From contig CAYZIY010000002.1 in the NCBI GenBank assembly GCA_964478715.1, forward strand, positions 113,068-177,067: a DNA stretch of 64,000 nucleotides. The letters are read 5' to 3'. This stretch comes from an uncultured Planctomycetales bacterium (GTDB lineage Bacteria; Omnitrophota; Gorgyraeia; Zapsychrales; JBDRMG01). The position numbers were made by a program, and so were the translations under genes. This document shows, piece after piece, positions 21,751 through 31,213 of this stretch. The notes under the pieces are model-generated. The model worked only from the letters and a program-made list of their open reading frames with translations. It did no database searches and was not told where the DNA came from. Every line of letters starts with the position of its first letter. Positions within the stretch are counted from its first letter, which is position 1.

Positions 21751-23007
21751 ATGAGCAATAAAAATTTTAACGTGCCGCGCGGAACAGTCGATATTTTACC
21801 GGATGATATTGCAGCTTGGCAGTATGTGGAGCAAAAAGCGCGGGAGATTTTTCAGGCCAGAGCGTATCGAGAGATTCGTACACCCGCTTTCGAAGATACC
21901 TCTCTTTTTTCCCGTTCTTTGGGTACCGCCACCGATATTGTTCAAAAGCAAATGCTGAACTTGGAAAAGAAGAATTTGTCGCTCAGGCCGGAGGGGACCG
22001 CTTCGGTGGTGCGCAGCTACGTCGAAAACAGCATGTATCATCAATCGGCATTGACAAAGTTGTTTTATCTGGGGCCAATGTTTAGGGGAGAACGTCCGCA
22101 AAAGGGACGTTTGCGGCAGTTTCATCATATAGGGGCTGAGGCGATCGGCTTAACCCATCCTTATCTGGATGTGGAAATGATTTCTTTAAGTATTCAACTT
22201 TTAAAAGCTTTTAGATTAGAAGACTTCGAACTAAAAATCAACAGCTTAGGCAGCAGCGATGACAAAAAGAATCTCGCTAAAGTTCTCAAGCAGCATTTGA
22301 AGAAAGAATTAAAAAATCTGTGCTGTGACTGCCGTGATCGTTTTGAACGCAACATTTTCCGTATTTTGGATTGTAAAAAGGAAGCGTGCAAATTTATTGT
22401 CAGCCGTCTTGAGTTAGGCGCGGATCATCTCTCAGAGAAGAGCCGGCAGTATTTTGAACAAGTTCTCAAAGGCTTGGACACTCTTAAGATACCATACCGA
22501 ATTTCATCATCGCTGGTTAGAGGATTAGACTACTATACTCATACGGTTTATGAAATTTCTCATGCATCTCTGGGCAGCCAGGATGCATTGGGAGCTGGCG
22601 GCAGATATGATCAACTGGTTGTCGATTTAGGAGGTCCGGAAGTGGGCGCTGTCGGCTTTGCCTTGGGTGTCGAAAGAATACTTTTAGCGGGCGCCAAAGA
22701 CCATTTCCGAAAATCGTTTGAGTTAGATGTTTATTTAATAGCTTTGAGTGATCTCTGTTTCGAAAAAATATTTTTACTGGCCGACGCGTTAAGAAAATCG
22801 GGAATTTCTGCGGATATAAGTTATCGCCAGGGTTCCATTAAAAGCCAAATGCGTCAGGCTGATAAATCAAAGGCCAAATGGGTGATTCTGATGGGGGAAG
22901 ATGAACTGAAAAGAGAAACCGTTTCAGTGAAAAATATGGAGACCGGACAGCAGCAAGAGATTCGGGCTTCAAAAGTTGGGGAGGTTATAAAGAAACAGTT
23001 ATGCTAA
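21751..23007 (+). CDS. hisS: Histidine--tRNA ligase
   Basis: PRGTVD, LRPEGTA, FRGERPQKGRLRQF, LVRGLDYY, GGRYD. Confidence 0.98.
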   Translation: MSNKNFNVPRGTVDILPDDIAAWQYVEQKAREIFQARAYREIRTPAFEDTSLFSRSLGTATDIVQKQMLNLEKKNLSLRPEGTASVVRSYVENSMYHQSALTKLFYLGPMFRGERPQKGRLRQFHHIGAEAIGLTHPYLDVEMISLSIQLLKAFRLEDFELKINSLGSSDDKKNLAKVLKQHLKKELKNLCCDCRDRFERNIFRILDCKKEACKFIVSRLELGADHLSEKSRQYFEQVLKGLDTLKIPYRISSSLVRGLDYYTHTVYEISHASLGSQDALGAGGRYDQLVVDLGGPEVGAVGFALGVERILLAGAKDHFRKSFELDVYLIALSDLCFEKIFLLADALRKSGISADISYRQGSIKSQMRQADKSKAKWVILMGEDELKRETVSVKNMETGQQQEIRASKVGEVIKKQLC

Positions 23008-24401
23008 GAACACATACATGCGGTCAATTACGCAAGGGCGATGACAAAAAGCAAGCGACACTTTGCGGATGGGTTCATGCCCGGCGGGATCACGGAAAAC
23101 TGATATTTATCGATATTCGCGATCGTTATGGGTTAACCCAGGTTGTCTTTGTCCCTTCAGTTAGCAATGAGGCACATGAAAATGCGCAAAAACTGGGACC
23201 GGAATTTGTTATCCAAGTGACCGGGATGGTTAATGCCCGTCCGGCCAAAATGGTTAATCCGGATTTAGCTACCGGCGAGATCGAACTGTGCGCCGAAAAA
23301 TTGTCTATTCTCAATGACAGCAAAGTGCCTGTTTTTGAAATCGATGACAATACAGAGGTTTCTGAGGAGCTCCGGTTGACCTATCGTTATCTGGATTTGC
23401 GACGAGAAAAATTGCAAAAAGCGCTGACCACCAGAAACGATGTTTGCTATTTTATTCGACAATATCTTCAAAAAGAAAAGTTTTTAGAAGTGGAAACGCC
23501 GGTCTTAACGAAATCCACCCCCGAAGGAGCCCGCGATTATTTGGTTCCGTCTCGATTGAATCACGGAAAATTATACGCCTTGCCGCAATCCCCGCAGCTT
23601 TTTAAGCAAATTATGATGATCGGTGGTTTAGATAAATATTTTCAGATCGTCAAATGTTTCCGCGATGAAGATTTACGGGCGGATCGTCAGCCGGAATTTA
23701 CCCAGTTGGACATGGAGATGGCCTTTGTTGATCAGGAAGATGTTTTTGCCGTTACAGAGGGCTTGTTTCAGTTTGTTTTTAAAAATGTTATCGGTGTTGA
23801 TCTGAAAATTCCTTTTCGACGCTTGCCCTATGGTGAAGCGATGGGGCGGTATCAAAGCGATAAACCGGATTTAAGAAAAGAGGGCGGGGAGTTTGCGTTT
23901 GCGTGGATTGTTGATTTCCCTCTGTTCCAATATAACGAAAACGAGAAACGCTGGGAAAGCGAGCACCATCCCTTTACTCAGCTTAACAAAGATGATTTAG
24001 TCTATCTTAACTCCCAAGAGTTTGGTAAAATAAGATCGTGTTCCTATGATTTAGTTTTAAATGGGCATGAGTTGGGAAGTGGATCGATCCGTATTCACAA
24101 AAAAGAGATTCAGCAAAAGATATTTGATGTCATTGGGCTCAAACAGCAAGAGGCCGATGAACGTTTCGGCTTTCTCATGCGGGCTTTAGAATACGGCGCT
24201 CCGCCTCATGCGGGCATTGCCTTTGGAGTAGACCGCCTGATTGCGATTCTTTGCGGACTGGATTCTATCCGTGATACGATCGCCTTTCCCAAAACACAAA
24301 AAGCAAATTGTCTTTTGTCCGGCGCACCATCGGATGTGAGCGCCGAACAGCTCAGGGATATTGGCGTGATAGCCATTAAAAAAGGAGGGGGAAATGAATA
24401 A
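23001..24401 (+). CDS. aspS: Aspartate--tRNA ligase, bacterial type, lacking the GAD insertion domain
   Basis: RTHTCGQL, TPEGARDY, LPQSPQLFKQ, FRDEDLRADRQPEF, GAPPHAG; only 466 aa. Confidence 0.96.
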   Translation: MLRTHTCGQLRKGDDKKQATLCGWVHARRDHGKLIFIDIRDRYGLTQVVFVPSVSNEAHENAQKLGPEFVIQVTGMVNARPAKMVNPDLATGEIELCAEKLSILNDSKVPVFEIDDNTEVSEELRLTYRYLDLRREKLQKALTTRNDVCYFIRQYLQKEKFLEVETPVLTKSTPEGARDYLVPSRLNHGKLYALPQSPQLFKQIMMIGGLDKYFQIVKCFRDEDLRADRQPEFTQLDMEMAFVDQEDVFAVTEGLFQFVFKNVIGVDLKIPFRRLPYGEAMGRYQSDKPDLRKEGGEFAFAWIVDFPLFQYNENEKRWESEHHPFTQLNKDDLVYLNSQEFGKIRSCSYDLVLNGHELGSGSIRIHKKEIQQKIFDVIGLKQQEADERFGFLMRALEYGAPPHAGIAFGVDRLIAILCGLDSIRDTIAFPKTQKANCLLSGAPSDVSAEQLRDIGVIAIKKGGGNE

Positions 24402-24948
24402 GCAAATTTTCAAAACATTGCTTTGCTTGGTCTTGCTTGTTGCGGTGGCCGGATGTTCAGCAAAAACCTATACGGTTAGACGGCAACGGGAGGATCAGCA
24501 GATCGAGGGCAATGCGGGATATTTGCAGGGTACTCCGCCGCCGGTTGACCACAGCGATGTAAAAAAGACCCGCAAAGTTTATGTGCTTGAAATCCAGTCG
24601 AAGGCAGATGCGCGCCAGGAGCAGGAAGTCGTACAGATGATTGAAGAAACCGAAGAGGCCGTTGAGGATGTCCGTCGCGATCTTCAGCAGAAGATGCGTC
24701 AAGCTCCCGAAGAGCCAAAGCCGGTGCCAAAAAAGCAAGCCGTTAAAGTTAAGCCGCTAATACCAAAACAAGAAACAACCGGCTTTCAAGAATATATTGT
24801 CGGGAAAAATGATACCCTGCAGAAGATTTCGATGAAATTCTATAATACGAATCACAAGTGGACGAAGATCTTTGAAGCGAATAAGGATGCGCTCAAAGAT
24901 CCCAACAGAATCAAGCCAGGTATGGTTTTACAAATTCCTCTGGAATAA
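24394..24948 (+). CDS. Lipoprotein with C-terminal LysM domain
   Basis: Lipobox VAGC; YIVGKNDTLQKISMKFY...IFEAN...IKPGMVLQIP. Confidence 0.85.
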   Translation: MNKQIFKTLLCLVLLVAVAGCSAKTYTVRRQREDQQIEGNAGYLQGTPPPVDHSDVKKTRKVYVLEIQSKADARQEQEVVQMIEETEEAVEDVRRDLQQKMRQAPEEPKPVPKKQAVKVKPLIPKQETTGFQEYIVGKNDTLQKISMKFYNTNHKWTKIFEANKDALKDPNRIKPGMVLQIPLE

Positions 24949-24972
24949 TGAAATAATTTTCCTGAATGAGTT

Positions 24973-25923
24973 ATGGAAACACTCTTTAAGCTGGACAATA
25001 ACAGAGAGCTGCAGCAGCTTTTCGGCAAATATGATGCGAATCTCAAGCTGATCGAGCAGGAGTTAAAGGTCAGAATTTCGCATCATAAAAGTGGTTTGCA
25101 AATCCACGGATCGGAAAAGCAAACCCAAAACACCACCGAACTCTTGGAATATCTTCTTGATATCGTTGATAGCGGACGTGATGTCAAAAGACGTGACATC
25201 ATCGATGCTTTGAGGTTGTCTGATCCCACAACCGGAATCGACTTCAAGAAACTTTCCAAAGGAAAGATCGATGTTGTTGCTAAAGGGGCTTTGATTACTC
25301 CCAAAACCAAAGGGCAGATGGAGTATATCGAGGCCATTAAGCATTTTGACATTGTCTTTGGCTTGGGTCCGGCGGGAACGGGAAAAACGTATATCGCTAT
25401 GGCCATGGCCGTTAATGCGCTGAAAAAAGGATTGGTTCGCCGGATTATTCTGACCCGACCGGCGATCGAGGCCGGAGAGAATTTAGGGTTTCTTCCCGGT
25501 GATATGGTCGAGAAAGTCTTGCCGTATCTTCGTCCGGTTTATGATGCTCTATACGACATGTTAGATGCCGAAAAAGTGGAGCTTTACAAAGAAAAGGGAA
25601 TCATTGAAGTGGCCCCCCTGGCTTACATGCGGGGCCGTACTCTCAATGATGCTTTTGTGATTCTGGATGAGGCTCAAAATTGCACCTCCGAGCAGATGAA
25701 AATGTTTCTCACTCGTTTGGGATTTGATTCCAAGACCGTGATCACAGGTGATATGACTCAAAGCGATTTACCAGAAGGGAAACCGATCGGCTTAATTCAA
25801 GCCCAGGAAATTCTTAAGAATATTGACGGCATCAAATTTATATTATTGACAGGGGATGATGTTGTCCGGCATGAACTCGTCCAAAGAATCATTGAGGCTT
25901 ATGAACGCTTCACCAAAAAATAG
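24973..25923 (+). CDS. phoH: PhoH family ATPase (YbeZ-like)
   Basis: GPAGTGKT, LTRPAIEAGE, PLAYMRGRT, DEAQN. Confidence 0.93.
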   Translation: METLFKLDNNRELQQLFGKYDANLKLIEQELKVRISHHKSGLQIHGSEKQTQNTTELLEYLLDIVDSGRDVKRRDIIDALRLSDPTTGIDFKKLSKGKIDVVAKGALITPKTKGQMEYIEAIKHFDIVFGLGPAGTGKTYIAMAMAVNALKKGLVRRIILTRPAIEAGENLGFLPGDMVEKVLPYLRPVYDALYDMLDAEKVELYKEKGIIEVAPLAYMRGRTLNDAFVILDEAQNCTSEQMKMFLTRLGFDSKTVITGDMTQSDLPEGKPIGLIQAQEILKNIDGIKFILLTGDDVVRHELVQRIIEAYERFTKK

Positions 25924-27352
25924 TTCCCAGATTATTCGCATCGGAAGCATTATTCTGCTAGAGCTTGTACTTCTGCTTTATTGTTATTATGTAGAATTTA
26001 GTCTGATTATTCCGGTTTTGCTTTTCTTTATGGCCATGGTGCTGGTGTTGTTAAGAAAAGCGGAGCGGCGATTATTTTTGAATTTAAGTCTTCTTCTGGT
26101 TCTGATTTCGTTTTGTTCTTTTCTTTCTCTTAACGTAGACTATTTTCAAATCAGTTATATTCCCGTGGCCAGCATTGCGATGTTGACGATGCTTCTTTAC
26201 AACGATCTGCTTCTGGCCTTTGTGATGACGTTAACTTCAGGGCTTTTGGTCGGTTTGATTGCCGGTATCGACGTTAGCTTGATGAGTGTTTTTATTCTGG
26301 GAGGGCTGACCGGTGTCTATGCGGTCAAAGATGCCAGGACCAGAGGAGAGCTGATCAAGGCCGGTACGCTGATTGGTCTGATTCAGGCATTATGTATTAT
26401 TCTTCTGGCTTCGTCGATGGAAATGATTTGGGAGACGGCTTTCTGGAAATTTCAGGTCTGGCCTTTTATTCTCAATGGTTTTATTTCTGCCGGCATTGTT
26501 TTGTTGGGCTCAAAGATTTTTGAATGGTTTTTTGGTGAGGTAACCAATTTCAGCCTGCTTGAGCTTTCCGATTTTAATCAGCCGCTCTTAAAAAGAATGG
26601 TTTTGGAATGCCCCGGAACATATCACCACAGCCTGATTGTCAGCAATATGTCGGAAGCGGCCGCTACATCGATAGGAGCCAATGCCCTATTGACCAGGGT
26701 TGGAGCCTATTATCACGATATCGGCAAACTGGTGAAGCCAGAATATTTTAACGAGAACCAGATGATCGCGGGCAATAAGCATGAGCAATTAGAACCGACG
26801 ATGAGCCGTCTTGTGATTTTAAATCACGTCAAAGAAGGGATTGAGCTGGCCAAAAAAAATAAATTAAGTCAAAAAATTTTAGATTTTATACCTCAACACC
26901 ATGGGACAAGCTTGATTTATTATTTTTATCAACGGGCCGTAGAAGAGGCGAAACATGACGAGAAAGTTGACGAATTGAATTTCCGCTATCCGGGGCCGCG
27001 GCCTCAGAGCCGCGAGGCGGCGATTGTGATGCTGGCCGATTCTGTTGAAGGAGCGGTACGCGCCTTAAGTGAGCCGACCGCCAGCCGCATCGAAGAGGTG
27101 GTGCGCAAAATCATCAATAACAAATTTATTGACGGACAACTGGATGAATGTAATCTGACGCTGAAAGACATTAACATTATCGGCTCCGTTTTCACGAGAA
27201 GCTTAAGTGCGATCTATCACAGTCGCATTCAATATCCCGATAAGAAAAATGGAAAAACAAATAAGAGTAAAAAATCTTCAGAAAAAGTTTCCTCTAAAAA
27301 TCAGTCTGATAAAGACGACGATTCACAGAATTCTAAAGAGTCTGAAGATTGA
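25901..27352 (+). CDS. 7TM-HD (HDIG) phosphohydrolase, PgpH-like, without a large extracellular domain
   Basis: Multiple TM helices then PGTYHHS, YYHDIGK, QHHGT, MLADSVE; phoH-HD-ybeY synteny. Confidence 0.88.
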   Translation: MNASPKNSSQIIRIGSIILLELVLLLYCYYVEFSLIIPVLLFFMAMVLVLLRKAERRLFLNLSLLLVLISFCSFLSLNVDYFQISYIPVASIAMLTMLLYNDLLLAFVMTLTSGLLVGLIAGIDVSLMSVFILGGLTGVYAVKDARTRGELIKAGTLIGLIQALCIILLASSMEMIWETAFWKFQVWPFILNGFISAGIVLLGSKIFEWFFGEVTNFSLLELSDFNQPLLKRMVLECPGTYHHSLIVSNMSEAAATSIGANALLTRVGAYYHDIGKLVKPEYFNENQMIAGNKHEQLEPTMSRLVILNHVKEGIELAKKNKLSQKILDFIPQHHGTSLIYYFYQRAVEEAKHDEKVDELNFRYPGPRPQSREAAIVMLADSVEGAVRALSEPTASRIEEVVRKIINNKFIDGQLDECNLTLKDINIIGSVFTRSLSAIYHSRIQYPDKKNGKTNKSKKSSEKVSSKNQSDKDDDSQNSKESED

Positions 27353-27686
27353 GAATACCGAACTCTCCGTTGTTTTTACTACGGATGTCCATATCCGATC
27401 CCTTAACCGGCAATATCTGAAAAAAAATCACGCCACTGATGTTCTTGCCTTTGATATGAGCCCCTCTGCCAGAAGCACAAAAAAGAAATTATGTGGTGAG
27501 ATTATTATTTCTATTGAAACAGCCCGTCGCAATGCTAAGCATTACCAGTTTAAGATCATTGATGAGATTCGCCTATATCTGATTCATGGAATTTTGCACC
27601 TTTTGGGTTACGATGACCATTCTTTTCGAGACAAAAGAGAGATGGAGTGGAAACAGCAGAAACTACTTCAAGAAATTAAGACATGA
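27249..27686 (+). CDS. ybeY: rRNA maturation RNase YbeY
   Basis: TDVLAF, HGILHLLGYDD zinc motif. Confidence 0.92.
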   Translation: MEKQIRVKNLQKKFPLKISLIKTTIHRILKSLKIENTELSVVFTTDVHIRSLNRQYLKKNHATDVLAFDMSPSARSTKKKLCGEIIISIETARRNAKHYQFKIIDEIRLYLIHGILHLLGYDDHSFRDKREMEWKQQKLLQEIKT

Positions 27687-28417
27687 TCCGAAAAACCACC
27701 GGTATTATTTTAAAGACGTATGATTTAAGGGAGACCAGCAAGATCGTGGTTTTTTTTACGAGAGATTACGGCAAGCTTAAAGGGGTCTTGAAGGGAATCC
27801 GTAAGGATCCAAAAAAATTCGGAAGCAGTCTGGAGAAATTTTCGGTTAATGATATTGTTTATTATTGGCATGCGGATACCGAACTTCAGCTGGTCGGCCA
27901 ATGCGATTTGATCTCTTATTATTTTCCGATACGCAAAGACCTTAAGCGGCTGATGGCCGCACAGTATATGCTGGAGCTGGTAGATGTCATTATGCCGACG
28001 GAAGAGCCAAATCCTCAAGTGTACCGACTAATGATTTATTTTCTAGAGAGCCTGGAAACGATTCACGATATTAACAAACTTATTCATGTTTTTCAGATCA
28101 AAATTCTGCATTATTCCGGTTTTCGTCCTCACATCGAAGATTGTTTATCCTGTCAAAAGACTATTCAAGGCCGGGCTAAAATGAGTCTGAAGCTTGGCGG
28201 CCTGATTTGTCTGCAATGTCTGGAGAGAGATTTGAGCGCTATTTCGATATCCAAAGGTGCGATTGCTTCCATGTTGCATGTTGAAAAAAGCCCCTGGCCA
28301 AAGACATTGCAGCTGGGCCTTTCGCGATCGATTCAGAAAGAGCTCAAGATGATCCTGAATAATTTTCTCGTTTATCATCTTGAGAAACGGATCAAATCAG
28401 AACAATATCTTCAGTAG
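27683..28417 (+). CDS. recO: DNA repair protein RecO
   Basis: GIILKT..LRETSKIVVFFTRDYGKL OB fold, CxxC...CxxC zinc finger; synteny with ybeY. Confidence 0.92.
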   Translation: MIRKTTGIILKTYDLRETSKIVVFFTRDYGKLKGVLKGIRKDPKKFGSSLEKFSVNDIVYYWHADTELQLVGQCDLISYYFPIRKDLKRLMAAQYMLELVDVIMPTEEPNPQVYRLMIYFLESLETIHDINKLIHVFQIKILHYSGFRPHIEDCLSCQKTIQGRAKMSLKLGGLICLQCLERDLSAISISKGAIASMLHVEKSPWPKTLQLGLSRSIQKELKMILNNFLVYHLEKRIKSEQYLQ

Positions 28418-28423
28418 AAATTT

Positions 28424-30610
28424 CTAGGAATATCTTTTTTTATTGACTTGCGAGAGGATACTTTCGGCCAGAGTTTTTCCGATTTGCGGAATAGAGGCTA
28501 AATCATCAAGGCTGACTGTTCTTAGATTCTGGAGTGTTTTTACTCCCTTATTATGCAGTTGACGCGCGCGATGGCGTCCAATATTTTTTAGAGAAATGAG
28601 CTCCAGAAGATCTTCTAGGATACCGTATTTCATGCGTGTCGAGAGTTCTTCCAGAATAAAAGTCAATTGACGGTGATGGTCTAACTCGGCAATGACCCCG
28701 CAGGCATGTAGGAGCCAGCGGGCGCTTTCCGTGTGACGGTAGACGTCCCCCGGGCCGATTCCGAATTCTTCGCAGATCAAATCTTCTTTTTTCTCATTAA
28801 TCCATTCCAGGTATAAAGATGTTGTTTTTAAAGTAGAGAGATAATGATAGAAATCTTCAAGTGCCGGTAAATCATGGGCCGTCACAATGAATTCATCCGC
28901 ATAGGTTGAAGCGAAGTATTCTAGCCGTCCATAGTCGCTTTTGCCTAAATGGAGAAGATCGGTATCCGGTGTACAGCAAAGTAGATGGAGAATTCCTACC
29001 GGTGAGAACGATTGCTTCTGTTGCATCTTTTTGAGTCCGTCTCGCAGGATGAGGCCCGTGATTGGATCGATATAAAGCCGGCTGATGCATTGGCCAAAGG
29101 CAGTTGCAAAATAACGGAATCCGCTTTTTTCAATAAATTCTTTTTGGGTAAGAAAATCAAAGATGTGACTGATTGTTTCGATCATGTGGATAGTTTGTTT
29201 TTGATGCGAGAGAAACGTGTGGCTGATAAATTCAAACATCCCCTGAACATCATGGACATAACCGCCGGCAATCGAAGAGAGGATGTGCATTCTAAGAGCC
29301 GATTCACTGCCGAGTTTGGAAATGACAGGTTCCGGTTCTGCTTCGATATAGCGTTCAAAAAGGATAGGGACCTCATTGGGAGATTTGGCGACGATTACCG
29401 CTTCACCGAACTGATCATATTTCGGTCGGCCTGCCCGACCCGCGCATTGCTTATATTCGAAAGTGGGAATATAAGTTGAGCCCAAGCCAGCTTCATAGCG
29501 TTTGCAATCTCTGATAATGGCCCGCCGGGCTGGAAGATTAACACCGGCGGCCAGCGTAGGAGTAGAGCAAATAACCTTGATGATATTTTTTTTGAAGTTT
29601 TCCTCAATGAGCTTGCGCTGACGGGGTTTGAGGCCGGCATGATGAAACGCCGACCCGTTGACGGCAGTGTCGGCAAGCTTCTGACAGATTTTTGTTGCCT
29701 CACCCCTTAAGCCGAGAAGTTGTTTGGAGATGGCTGTTAGTTTTTTCTTTTCATCCGGTGAAAGGGTTTGAGCGACTGCTTTGCCCACAATTCGGGATGC
29801 CGCCTGGGCACTGCGGCGGGAATTGACAAAGACAAGGACTTGACCTTTTGAACGCAAGGTATCGATTACCAGCTTACTGAGATCATCATGAGGCTCTTCT
29901 TTGATGAGACGTGTGGCGTCTTTATAAAAATTAATCTTTTCATTAAAATAAACGCCTTCTTTGAGGGGAACAGGTCGCCAACGGCTGATCACTGCCTTGG
30001 CCTTCAGCCATTTTGCGATTTCATCGGCATTGCTGACTGTTGCGCTTAAAGCCACGATTTGGATATGATGATTGATTTGCTTAATCCGAGCGGTCAGGAT
30101 TTCAAGCGTCGGGCCTCGGGAGACGTCATTTAAAAAATGAATTTCATCGAGAACAAGAACATTAAGAGCGCTAATGAGCCATTTAGCGCGAGAACGAAGC
30201 AGTGAATCCACTTTCTCGGCGGTTGCAATTAAGATTTGGTAACGGTTCAGCATTTTGCTGGGACTATCCAGATCGCCAGTTGCAATACCCACCTTAATGC
30301 CAAGAGCGGAATATTTCTCTTTGAAATCTTCAAATTTCTCGCTGGCCAGGGCTTTTAAAGGAGCAATGTAAAGACAACGGCCATTGTTTTCCAGAATGGA
30401 TTTGAGCATGCATAACTCAGCCATAAGGGTTTTGCCGGCAGCCGTGGGAACAGCCATTAGGATGCTTTGATTTTCTAAAAGACCTTTTTTAATAGCTTGC
30501 TCTTGGGGTGGATAAAAACTTTCACATCCTGAACGAGCCAGTATGTCCGCGACCTGTTTAGGGAATCGGTATTTTTGAAGGGTCTGGATTACTTTCATAA
30601 AGGAAAACAT
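28424..30610 (-). CDS. Hel308/Hjm (Ski2-like SF2) DNA helicase, archaeal type
   Basis: YPPQ, PTAAGKT, APLKALASEK, DEIH, LSAT, FHHAGL, TPTLAAGVNLPA, QCAGRAGRP, SRLYIDP, C-terminal HhH with GRHRAR; start may be 30598. Confidence 0.9.
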   Translation of the reverse strand: MFSFMKVIQTLQKYRFPKQVADILARSGCESFYPPQEQAIKKGLLENQSILMAVPTAAGKTLMAELCMLKSILENNGRCLYIAPLKALASEKFEDFKEKYSALGIKVGIATGDLDSPSKMLNRYQILIATAEKVDSLLRSRAKWLISALNVLVLDEIHFLNDVSRGPTLEILTARIKQINHHIQIVALSATVSNADEIAKWLKAKAVISRWRPVPLKEGVYFNEKINFYKDATRLIKEEPHDDLSKLVIDTLRSKGQVLVFVNSRRSAQAASRIVGKAVAQTLSPDEKKKLTAISKQLLGLRGEATKICQKLADTAVNGSAFHHAGLKPRQRKLIEENFKKNIIKVICSTPTLAAGVNLPARRAIIRDCKRYEAGLGSTYIPTFEYKQCAGRAGRPKYDQFGEAVIVAKSPNEVPILFERYIEAEPEPVISKLGSESALRMHILSSIAGGYVHDVQGMFEFISHTFLSHQKQTIHMIETISHIFDFLTQKEFIEKSGFRYFATAFGQCISRLYIDPITGLILRDGLKKMQQKQSFSPVGILHLLCCTPDTDLLHLGKSDYGRLEYFASTYADEFIVTAHDLPALEDFYHYLSTLKTTSLYLEWINEKKEDLICEEFGIGPGDVYRHTESARWLLHACGVIAELDHHRQLTFILEELSTRMKYGILEDLLELISLKNIGRHRARQLHNKGVKTLQNLRTVSLDDLASIPQIGKTLAESILSQVNKKRYS

Positions 30611-30648
30611 TTTAACACAAAAATAATTATGTTAGAATACAATTCATT

Positions 30649-31107
30649 ATGAAGATTATTATCCAAAGAGTGAAAGAAGCTTGTGTGAGTATTAACGGCA
30701 AAGAGATGGCCCGTATCTCAAAAGGTATGGTTCTTTTTGTCGGTGTAGGCAAAGAGGATAGTCTAGGCGATGTCGGTTATTGTGTAAAAAAATGTGTCGA
30801 GTTGCGTATGTTTGAGGACAATCAAGGTAAAATGAATTTTTCTTGTCAGGATGTCGAAGGTCAGGCTTTGGTAGTGTCTCAATTTACGCTTATGGGAAAT
30901 TGCAATAAAGGAAGACGGCCGAGCTTTGATGCGGCTGCTCGGCCACAGATGGCTCGCCATCTTTATGAATTATTTATTGAGAAAGTGAAGGAAACAGGAA
31001 TTGTGGTTAAAACAGGTCAGTTTCAAGCTATGATGGATGTTGAGCTTATTAATGATGGTCCGGTGACATTCATTATTGAGAGCCAACAGAGTATAGTTGA
31101 TATTTGA
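30649..31107 (+). CDS. dtd: D-aminoacyl-tRNA deacylase
   Basis: IQRV, SQFTL, KGRRPSF, NDGPVT. Confidence 0.96.
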   Translation: MKIIIQRVKEACVSINGKEMARISKGMVLFVGVGKEDSLGDVGYCVKKCVELRMFEDNQGKMNFSCQDVEGQALVVSQFTLMGNCNKGRRPSFDAAARPQMARHLYELFIEKVKETGIVVKTGQFQAMMDVELINDGPVTFIIESQQSIVDI

Positions 31108-31111
31108 CACT

Positions 31112-31181
31112 TGATGCCTGATGCCTGATGCCTGATGCCTGATGCCTGATGCCTGATAACTGAGGACTGGTATCTGAGAAC
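31112..31181. repeat. Heptanucleotide tandem repeat (TGATGCC)x6 plus 4 degenerate units
   Basis: Six perfect units at 31112-31153, then TGATAAC, TGAGGAC, TGGTATC, TGAGAAC. Confidence 0.95.
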
Positions 31182-31213
31182 CAACACCCGAAAACTAATT
31201 TTATCATTACACT

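Noticed and set aside
27249-27352. 104-nt overlap of the HD gene and ybeY, giving a charged tail on the HD protein
   Set aside because: Most simply a by-product of a late stop codon running into ybeY; not counted as a functional basic tail
31112-31181. Possible CRISPR array
   Set aside because: Units are 7 nt with no spacers; no repeat-spacer array or cas gene was seen anywhere in the window
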